In this document: piece by piece, positions 56,767 through 64,000 of the stretch
Numbering within the stretch: the first letter of the stretch is position 1
How the letters are laid out: every line of letters begins with the position of its first letter
Source of the DNA: Acidobacteriota bacterium
GTDB lineage: Bacteria > Acidobacteriota > UBA6911 > RPQK01 > JAJDTT01
Assembly: GCA_965263035.1 (NCBI GenBank)
Contig: OZ253580.1
Coordinates: forward strand, 3,584,001-3,648,000
DNA: 64,000 bases
Reading direction: 5' to 3'
Notes under the pieces: generated by a model
What the model was told of the DNA's origin: nothing
The model's input: only the letters and a program-made list of their open reading frames with translations
Databases searched by the model: none
Position numbers and translations under genes: made by a program

Positions 56767-57957
56767 GTGGAAACGAATAAGTCTGACCTGATGAACCGAC
56801 CGTGCAAGATCCTGGTCGTGGACGATGAACCGGATCTTGAACCGCTCATGCTTCAACGCATGCGGCGGGCCATACGCTCCGGGGTTTACACTTTCGTGTT
56901 TGCCCGTAACGGTGTCGAAGCCCTTGATCGGCTGAACGAGGAGCAGGACATCGACATGGTGCTGTCGGACATCAACATGCCTCAGATGGACGGGCTCACC
57001 TTGTTGCAGCAGATCCCCAAGGTCGATCCCAACATCCGTTCCGTCATCATTTCGGCGTACGGCGACATGAAGAATATCCGCACGGCCATGAACCGGGGAG
57101 CCTTTGACTTCGTCACCAAGCCGCTGGATTTCAAGGACCTTCGAATCACCATCGACCGGACGGTCCGACACATGAAGGAGTGGCGCGAGGCCCTGGCTTC
57201 GCGTGACAAGCTGGTGGCGTTGCAGAACGAACTCGACGTCGCCAACCAGATGCAGCAATCCATCCTTCCCAGCCATTTCCCCAAGCGCGCCGACTACGAA
57301 GTCTCGGCCAGCATGGAGGCGGCGCGGAATGTGGGCGGAGATTTCTACGATGTCATCCACCTCCACGAAGGCCGGGTCGGCTTGGCCATCGCGGACGTTT
57401 CGGACAAAGGAGTTCCTGCCGCGCTCTTCATGATGTCCAGCCGGACTTTGCTCAAGGGCGCCGCCATCGGCACTCTGGATCCGGGCCGCGTCCTGGGAGA
57501 GGTCAACAACCTGCTTGACGAGGACAACGATGCCGCCATGTTCGTCACCCTCCTGTACGCGGTGTACAATCCGGCCACCGGAAAACTTACCTACGCCAAC
57601 GGAGGACACAACTCCCCACTCGTCGTCCATTCCGACGGAAGCTCGTCCCTGCTTCCACTCACTGATGGGATCGCCCTGGGTGTGATCCCCGGTCTCGATT
57701 TCATCGAGAACACCGTGGTCCTCTCACCCGGAGACACCGTGATTTTCTACACCGACGGCGTCACCGAGGCTATGGACGACGACGGCGAAGAGTTCGGTAC
57801 GGAACGTCTTTTCGAGATCTTTGCGGATGCGCCCCCGAGAGATTCCCAGGAGGCCAACGATGCGGTTTTCACGGCGGTAAGAGACTTTGTCGGGGATACT
57901 CCTCAATCGGACGACATCACTTGCATGGTGCTCTATCGAAGGGAGAGCGATCGTTGA
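56767..57957 (+). CDS. Response regulator receiver plus SpoIIE/PP2C phosphatase (RsbU/RsbY-like)
   Basis: ILVVDDE, SDINMPQMDG, FVTKP; VGGDFYD, IADVSDKG, MFVT, NGGH, YTDGVTEA, SDDIT. Confidence 0.93.
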   Translation: METNKSDLMNRPCKILVVDDEPDLEPLMLQRMRRAIRSGVYTFVFARNGVEALDRLNEEQDIDMVLSDINMPQMDGLTLLQQIPKVDPNIRSVIISAYGDMKNIRTAMNRGAFDFVTKPLDFKDLRITIDRTVRHMKEWREALASRDKLVALQNELDVANQMQQSILPSHFPKRADYEVSASMEAARNVGGDFYDVIHLHEGRVGLAIADVSDKGVPAALFMMSSRTLLKGAAIGTLDPGRVLGEVNNLLDEDNDAAMFVTLLYAVYNPATGKLTYANGGHNSPLVVHSDGSSSLLPLTDGIALGVIPGLDFIENTVVLSPGDTVIFYTDGVTEAMDDDGEEFGTERLFEIFADAPPRDSQEANDAVFTAVRDFVGDTPQSDDITCMVLYRRESDR

Positions 57958-58373
57958 GCCGGAAGCTGTCCCTGAAGGTCAGACCCAGAGCCGAAGAATT
58001 GGATACGATCACAGTCGCCGTGGAGGAATTCGGAGACGCCGAACAATGGCCTCCCGACCTGATCTTTCGGGTCAATCTGGTGCTCGAGGAGGTGGGACTC
58101 AACATCATCAATCACGGGAGGACCGACGATCTTCACGAGATCGAGATCACTCTGACCTCGGAAGCGGAATCGCTCACCATCGAGATCGTGGATAATGGCC
58201 GACCCTTCGATCCGTTGACGGATGCGCCCGAGCCCGATTTGGACTCCGGGGTCACGGAGCGTGCCGTAGGTGGTCTCGGCGTCTATCTGGTGCGCACCAT
58301 GATGGATGAGTTGCACTATCGCCGCGACGGGAGCAGAAACTACCTGACCCTGGTCAAAGGGCGAGGCAAGTAA
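57954..58373 (+). CDS. RsbW-like anti-sigma factor / serine kinase (HATPase_c)
   Basis: LVLEEVGLNIINHG, IVDNGRPFDP, GGLGVYLVRTMMDE; TTGA overlap with upstream stop. Confidence 0.92.
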   Translation: MSRKLSLKVRPRAEELDTITVAVEEFGDAEQWPPDLIFRVNLVLEEVGLNIINHGRTDDLHEIEITLTSEAESLTIEIVDNGRPFDPLTDAPEPDLDSGVTERAVGGLGVYLVRTMMDELHYRRDGSRNYLTLVKGRGK

Positions 58374-58551
58374 CGCGGAGGTCCGACTCGGCCAGTGCGG
58401 CACCCCCTCCCGGCTTCCGGCGCGCCACGCTGCCGCGACGGGTGGAATGGACGTTATCTTTCGCGATAGCCTGACGTTGGCAGCTCCAGGCGAGAATCAC
58501 CCGGCGCTGTCAAACACGTAAGCGATCCGATCGGTCGCGTATGGGTTCGCG

Positions 58552-59439
58552 ATGGACAGGGCAGCTGCCATGGAGACGCCGTCCGGCAAAGCTGCGGCGG
58601 ATGAGAACTTCCCCGTCGGCTCCTGGTTGGTGCCGGCACACCTGAGACCCCATATTGCGACTTTCTATGCCTACGCCCGGGCGATCGATGATATCGCCGA
58701 CAATCCCGACTTGGATCCGTACGACAAGATCGAGCGACTGGACGGCTTCGCCAGTGTCGTGAGTGGTGCCGAGACAGGAGATCCAGCCTTTCGCAAAGCG
58801 CACGACGTCCGCCGTAGTCTGGATGCGACGCAGGTCACGCATCGGCATTGCGTCGATCTGACGCGCGCCTTCATACAGGATGCGACCAAACTGCGCTATG
58901 CCGACTGGAATGATCTCATCGGTTACTGCGATCTCTCCGCGGCGCCCGTGGGGCGCTACCTGGTCGACCTTCATGGCGAGTCAAGAGCCGCGTATCCGGC
59001 TTGCGATGCCCTATGCAACGCACTCCAGGTACTCAATCACCTGCAGGACTGCGGGGATGACTACAACTCGTTGAACCGGGTCTATCTGCCTCAGAACTGG
59101 ATGGCGGCAGCGGAAACGGGAGTCGAGGCGCTTGGCCACAGGCGTTCATCTCCGGCACTCAGGCAAGTGTTGGATCGGTGCCTCGATGCAACCGAGACGC
59201 TGTTGGAGTCGGCCGATCGTTTGCCGGGTCAGTTTTGCAACCTCCGTTTCGCCATGGAGACGGCTGTGATCATCGCCATCGCCAGGAAGCTCAGTGCTGA
59301 GTTGCGCCGGCGGGATCCCTTGGCAGAGCGTGTCGTGCTGACCAAAGCTCAATACGCGGCCTGCTGTTTGCGTGGAGTCGGTCGGATCCTGCTCCGAAGG
59401 GTCTGGCGCCGGCGCGCTGAAGGCGAGATTCCTGCATGA
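58552..59439 (+). CDS. hpnC: Hydroxysqualene synthase HpnC
   Basis: ENFPVGSWL, YAYARAIDDIAD, YCDLSAAPVGR, ALQVLNHLQD, RVYLP. Confidence 0.92.
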   Translation: MDRAAAMETPSGKAAADENFPVGSWLVPAHLRPHIATFYAYARAIDDIADNPDLDPYDKIERLDGFASVVSGAETGDPAFRKAHDVRRSLDATQVTHRHCVDLTRAFIQDATKLRYADWNDLIGYCDLSAAPVGRYLVDLHGESRAAYPACDALCNALQVLNHLQDCGDDYNSLNRVYLPQNWMAAAETGVEALGHRRSSPALRQVLDRCLDATETLLESADRLPGQFCNLRFAMETAVIIAIARKLSAELRRRDPLAERVVLTKAQYAACCLRGVGRILLRRVWRRRAEGEIPA

Positions 59440-59532
59440 TTTTCGCTCCTCCGGTCGAGGAACGCGAGCTGGTGGGTCGATGTCGCGTCGGTTGTGTGAC
59501 ATGACGATTTTTGCCGCAGGAATGCTGACGAC

Positions 59533-60420
59533 GTGAGGACGGCATCTCGATCGCAGGCCGCTCCGAGCAGGCGGTCAGGTGATCAGGTCAAGCCCAGGGA
59601 TCACGTGAATCGCGTCGTAGCGCGATCAGGCACGTCGTTCCTTTGGGGCATGAGGGCGCTTTCGGCGGAACGGCGCCGTGCGATCTACGCCATTTACGCG
59701 TTCTGCCGGGAAGTCGACGACATTGCAGACGAACCGGGCGAAAGCGCTGACAAGAGGCGAGCACTGGTGCGGTGGCGGGAGGAGATCGACCGACTCTACG
59801 CAGGGAAGCCGAGTTGGCCGACGACCAGGGCGCTATTGAAACCGGTTCGGCGTTTCAACTTGCCTCAAGAGGAGTTTCTCGCGGTGATCGAGGGCATGGA
59901 AATCGATGCCAGACCCATCGTGCGGATGCAGAATCTGGATGATCTGTTGCACTATTGCCGCAAGGTCGCCGGAGCCGTGGGAATGCTTTCCATCCATGCT
60001 TTCGGCGTCCCGCGGAACCCTGGATTTCAGATCGCCGAGAAGCTCGGGAACGCCCTGCAGTTGACCAACATTCTGCGTGACCTGAAGGAGGATGCTGAAT
60101 TGCAGCGTCTCTATGTGCCGCTGGAACTGCTCAGTAAGAACGGTGTCGCCACCACTTCGTTGAACGCTGTCCTGGTTCATCCAGGCTTCAGCGGTGCGTG
60201 TGCGGAACTAGCCATCCTGGCACGCAATTACTACGCCGAGACCGAAAGACTGATCGCGGAATTCGGATGGCGGAGGATTCGGCCGGCCGTTCTCATGATG
60301 GCGGTGTACCGGGAATTGCTTGATCGCCTGGAAGAGCGGGGATGGACGCAAATCGATGTTTCGGTCCGGCTGACGCGACTCCGGAAGGTTTTGCTCGCTC
60401 TGCGTTACGGACTTTGCTGA
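59533..60420 (+). CDS. hpnD: Presqualene diphosphate synthase HpnD
   Basis: SGTSFLWGM, IYAFCREVDDIAD, YCRKVAGAVG, ALQLTNILRD, RLYVP. Confidence 0.92.
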   Translation: MRTASRSQAAPSRRSGDQVKPRDHVNRVVARSGTSFLWGMRALSAERRRAIYAIYAFCREVDDIADEPGESADKRRALVRWREEIDRLYAGKPSWPTTRALLKPVRRFNLPQEEFLAVIEGMEIDARPIVRMQNLDDLLHYCRKVAGAVGMLSIHAFGVPRNPGFQIAEKLGNALQLTNILRDLKEDAELQRLYVPLELLSKNGVATTSLNAVLVHPGFSGACAELAILARNYYAETERLIAEFGWRRIRPAVLMMAVYRELLDRLEERGWTQIDVSVRLTRLRKVLLALRYGLC

Positions 60421-60432
60421 CGGACGTTCACC

Positions 60433-61710
60433 GTGCCCCGAACCCACGTCATCGGCGCCGGCTTGGCGGGTCTTGCCACCGCAGTGTCACTCGTGCGGCA
60501 GGGCCAGGACGTGACGCTCTACGAAAAAGGCCGGCATGCGGGAGGCCGCTGCCGCTCATACGTCGATGCCAAGCTTGATCGCACGATAGACAACGGCAAC
60601 CATCTGCTGCTGAGCGGCAACCAGGCCGCGATGCGCTACCTGGCAGACATCGAGGCCAACGACTCTCTGATCGGCCCGGCTTCCGCCTGCTTTCCCTTCC
60701 TGGATTTACGCACGGGTCAGCGATGGCTGCTGCGGCCGAATGCCGGGAGAGTCCCGTGGTGGATCCTGAACCCCAGGCGGCGGGTGCCGGACACACGGGT
60801 CTGGAACTACCTTTCGGCGCTGCGGTTTGCCACGGCGGGCGCCGATACCACGGTGACCGACTGCGTCGGGGACACCGGGGTTCTGTTCGAAAGATTCTGG
60901 AGACCGCTGGCGGTTGGGGCATTGAATACGCCGGCTCGAGCCGGCGCGGCGCACCTTCTATGGGCCGTGTTGCGCGAGACCTTCGCCAAGGGAGAGGCGG
61001 CCTGCCGGCCACGGATCGCCAAGTTGGGACTCTCCGCCGCCTTCGTGGAGCCGGCGCTGAAATTCCTCCGCCGAAAGGGCGCGATGGTTCGGTTTGGCTG
61101 GCGCTTACGCAGGATCAGCTATCTGAGCCGCCGCGTCGATGGTCTGGACTTCGGTTCAGAGAGGGTTCAGTTGCAAGACGCTGAGGCCGTGGTTTTGGCA
61201 TTGCCGCCGCCGGCTGCGGCGGACCTGGTGCCGGCGCTGGCTGTACCCGATGAAACTCAGGCCATCGTCAACGCCCATTTCCGCCTGTCCGCACCTGCCA
61301 GCCTGCCGCCGGAGCTTCCCCTGCTAGGGCTCATCGGGGGGACCGCGCAGTGGCTCTTCGCACGTGGTGACGTTGCCTCGATCACGGTCAGTGCGGCGGA
61401 TGCGCTGGCCGCCGAGCCAGCTCCAACCATAGCCCGAAAGGCGTGGAACGACGTTGCCGGTGCACTTGGCCACGACCCGGAGACATTGCCAACGTATCGA
61501 ATCGTCAAAGAAAAGCGGGCCACGTTTGCCCAGACGCCGGAGCAGGTAAAGCGCCGCCCGCAGACCAGAAGTGCATTTGCCAACCTGTACTTGGCGGGGG
61601 ACTGGACCAATACGGGTCTGCCCGCAACCATCGAGAGCGCCGTTCGTTCGGGTCACACGGCCGCCCGCGCCGTCCTCCATGATGCACTGAAGCATGTCAA
61701 CCCGACATGA
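60433..61710 (+). CDS. hpnE: Hydroxysqualene dehydroxylase HpnE (FAD-dependent)
   Basis: IGAGLAGL, AGGRCRSY, DNGNHLLLSGN, VKEKRATF, LAGDWTNTGLPATIESAVRSG. Confidence 0.93.
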   Translation: MPRTHVIGAGLAGLATAVSLVRQGQDVTLYEKGRHAGGRCRSYVDAKLDRTIDNGNHLLLSGNQAAMRYLADIEANDSLIGPASACFPFLDLRTGQRWLLRPNAGRVPWWILNPRRRVPDTRVWNYLSALRFATAGADTTVTDCVGDTGVLFERFWRPLAVGALNTPARAGAAHLLWAVLRETFAKGEAACRPRIAKLGLSAAFVEPALKFLRRKGAMVRFGWRLRRISYLSRRVDGLDFGSERVQLQDAEAVVLALPPPAAADLVPALAVPDETQAIVNAHFRLSAPASLPPELPLLGLIGGTAQWLFARGDVASITVSAADALAAEPAPTIARKAWNDVAGALGHDPETLPTYRIVKEKRATFAQTPEQVKRRPQTRSAFANLYLAGDWTNTGLPATIESAVRSGHTAARAVLHDALKHVNPT

Positions 61711-61949
61711 CGGAGGTGATGGGTTCACAGGGAACCGCCGCCGGAGGACCCGAGGAACGGCGAGTCCCGGGGCCTCGGATAAACTCGGAGACGGCAGGAG
61801 AAGCGGGAGACTGAGGTCCACTCCACAGAAGCTGTGGCGTCGGAGTATCTCCCAAAGAATCAACAAAATACGGGCGAATCCCCAAGACGGAACCCAGGGG
61901 ACCAACCTCCCCTTGGTCGCGTGAGGAAAGGGTCGCTTGAGTTGGCCGC

Positions 61950-62569
61950 CCCGCGACACGACTTCCCAGGGCCTGCGCCGGCTTGATGGGCGGGCACAGG
62001 ATTGGCTCAGTGCCAATATGCCCGACCGCGCGGCTGCGGCGACGGGCCTCAGTATGGTCTTCGCTCACCTTTCCCAACGAAATATCGAAGGCATGCTGCG
62101 CGGAACCATCATCGCCATGGCCATCGTTTCTTTCATCCTGATCCTCGTTTTCAGGAGTGTGCGTCTTGGACTCGTCAGCCTGATACCCAATTTCATTCCC
62201 GCAGCCATGAGCTTCGGTCTGTGGGGCTATCTCTTCGGTCGTGTGGGTATTGCCTCATCTGTGGTCACGGCAATCGCCTTCGGCATCGTCGTGGACGATA
62301 CGATCCATTTTCTGAGCCATTATCTGAAGGCTCGCCGCAAGGGCCTCCCGGCGCCCGAGGCTGTGCGATCCACCTTCAATGCCGTCGGCCAAGCGTTGTG
62401 GAGTACGACCGCGGTCTTGTCGGCTGGTTTCCTGGTATTCGCTTCGTCGGGATTCGAGATCAGTTGGGCGCTTGGGATCTTGGTCACCATCACCATCGTT
62501 TTCGCGCTCCTGGCCGATTTCTTACTGCTCCCGACTCTGCTGATGGCTATCGATCGGAGAAAATCATGA
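61950..62569 (+). pseudogene. 5'-truncated MMPL/RND-family transporter (last TM bundle only)
   Basis: LRRLDGRAQDWL, SLIPNFIP, GIVVDDTIHFLSHY, VGQAL, ADFLLLP.LL; only about 200 codons, with in-frame stops upstream. Confidence 0.8.
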
Positions 62570-63390
62570 TCCAGTTTCATCTCACCCGATCGGCGCTCGT
62601 GTTTGTCGTCTCTTGCATTGCCTTCCTTGCGTGTCTGAGTCAGCAGCCTCTCGCCCGTTCAGACGACGCCACGCCCGAGGAAATCGGACTGAAGATCGCT
62701 CTCGAAGCTCGAGAGCAGGCGGAGGGTTTTGGCAATTTCACGGCTCGTCAGACCATGGTGCTGCGCAACAAGCAGGGCCAGGAGAGTCGGCGTCAGCTCC
62801 GGGTAAGGGTTCTCGAGGTCGCCGGAGACGGAGATAAGAGCATGTTCGTCTTCGATGAGCCGCGTGATGTCAACGGGACTGCGCTACTAATCCATTCCCA
62901 TAGAGGCAGCGCGGACGGGCAGTGGCTATATTTGCCCGCTCTGAAACGGGTCAAGCGGATCAGCTCGTCCAACCGTTCCGGCTCCTTCATGGGCAGTGAA
63001 TTCGCGTATGAGGACATGAGCGCACAGGAAGTGGAGAAATTCAGCTATCGGTACGTGCGTGACGAGCCTTGCGGGGAGTTGACGTGCACCGTGTCCGAAC
63101 GGGTCCCGGTGGACAAGAAATCGGGTTACCGCCGTCAGCTGGTATGGCGGGACAAAGACGAGTTACGCGTCTGGAAGGTGGAGTACTACGACCGCAAGGA
63201 TTCGCATCTGAAGACTCTCACCCTGGGAAATCACCGGCAGTACCTGGATCGTTACTGGCAGGCCGGCGAGATGACCATGGTGAACCATCTCACCGGAAAG
63301 AGCACCGTTCTGACCTGGACGGAGTATCAGTTCCGCACCAAGCTCAACGACCGCGACTTCACCCGCACCGGACTGCAACGGGTTCGTTGA
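62566..63390 (+). CDS. Outer membrane lipoprotein-sorting (LolA-like) periplasmic protein
   Basis: Signal peptide; M.LRNKQG, FDEPRDVNGTALL, QWLYLPALKRVKRI, FMGSEFAYED, YYDRK, MVNHLTGKST; ATGA overlap. Confidence 0.88.
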   Translation: MIQFHLTRSALVFVVSCIAFLACLSQQPLARSDDATPEEIGLKIALEAREQAEGFGNFTARQTMVLRNKQGQESRRQLRVRVLEVAGDGDKSMFVFDEPRDVNGTALLIHSHRGSADGQWLYLPALKRVKRISSSNRSGSFMGSEFAYEDMSAQEVEKFSYRYVRDEPCGELTCTVSERVPVDKKSGYRRQLVWRDKDELRVWKVEYYDRKDSHLKTLTLGNHRQYLDRYWQAGEMTMVNHLTGKSTVLTWTEYQFRTKLNDRDFTRTGLQRVR

Positions 63391-64000
63391 TGCTCCTCCG
63401 GTCCGTTTTTCAGTGCGTGCCGCTCGGCGCTGCCTGGATACTGGTTTCAGTCTGTCTGGTCGGGGTGCGGGCCGAGATCGTCAGGCGCGAGTTCTCCGGG
63501 CGCTTGAGCGTCGAAGGCCGGTGGCATCCACAACGTGGGGCCTATGCTGGCCAACGCTCACATGCGAGCGGTTTTTTCGCCGAACCCAAACTCTATCTCG
63601 AAGACCATGCGGGCCGAAGCCTCAATCTGGTGCCGTTCTTTCGCTACGATGCCGGGGACCCGCGCCGCACCCATGCCGATCTGCGTGAGGCCTATCTGCT
63701 GCTGTTCGGTGATATGGGCAATGATGAATGGGCGCTGCGGCTGGGCGTCGACCAGGTCTTCTGGAGTGTCACCGAGTCACGCCATCTTGTCAACATCGTC
63801 AACCAGATCGACTTGGTGGAACACCCGTACAAGGAGCCTAAGCTGGGTCAACCCATGGCCCATCTCACCTTTTCAGGAGATTGGGGAACAGCCGAAGTAT
63901 TCGGCCAGACCTATCACCGTGGCCGCACCTTTCCGAGCCGTTTCGGCCGCCTGCGTTTCCCGGTCGTCGTGGACCATGATCGGGCCGCCTATGAGAGCGA
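63390..64000 (+). CDS. Probable outer-membrane beta-barrel protein, 3'-partial (not in ORF track because it has no stop in the window)
   Basis: ATG 63390 overlaps the upstream TGA; open to window end: signal peptide, PFFRYD...RTHADLREAY, LRLGVDQVFW.VTES.HLV.IVNQ.D, KLGQPM. Confidence 0.75.
   Translation, partial: MLLRSVFQCVPLGAAWILVSVCLVGVRAEIVRREFSGRLSVEGRWHPQRGAYAGQRSHASGFFAEPKLYLEDHAGRSLNLVPFFRYDAGDPRRTHADLREAYLLLFGDMGNDEWALRLGVDQVFWSVTESRHLVNIVNQIDLVEHPYKEPKLGQPMAHLTFSGDWGTAEVFGQTYHRGRTFPSRFGRLRFPVVVDHDRAAYES

Noticed and set aside
62002-62565. 462-aa ORF suggesting an MMPL-LolA fusion or frameshift
   Set aside because: The upstream part is an off-frame overlap of the MMPL fragment; the real gene starts at ATG 62566 with a signal peptide.
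1-64000. CRISPR array, tRNA/rRNA, integron cassette array, intact transposase or integrase
   Set aside because: No regularly spaced repeat-spacer series, RNA gene signature or recombinase ORF was recognised by eye; a covariance-model scan could still find small RNAs.

Overview
GC-rich bacterial DNA, densely coding, with no rRNA, tRNA, CRISPR array or intact transposase that I can recognise. The gene content (many Tat-, Sec- or lipoprotein-exported beta-propellers, glycosidase-like proteins, a sulfatase, Gfo/Idh/MocA-like proteins) resembles Acidobacteriota or similar glycan-degrading diderms; that assignment is inference. Main points: (1) two families of ~160-bp non-coding foldback MITE-like elements with terminal inverted repeats and 4-bp target duplications, sharing a central stem-loop motif; (2) a tandem-duplicated 420-aa Tat-exported Gfo/Idh/MocA-like gene next to one of two paralogous, uncharacterised ~600-650-aa probable alpha/alpha-barrel proteins; (3) three paralogous GH32/GH130-like propeller proteins; (4) an mddA-ltaE gene pair; (5) a right-end block in which a STAS / REC-PP2C / RsbW partner-switching module precedes the squalene genes hpnCDE (no shc in the window), followed by a 5'-truncated MMPL transporter, a LolA-like protein and a probable outer-membrane protein; (6) several gene remnants (VapC, DUF4143 ATPase, PQQ dehydrogenase tail). 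All calls come from reading motifs by eye; no database searches were run.
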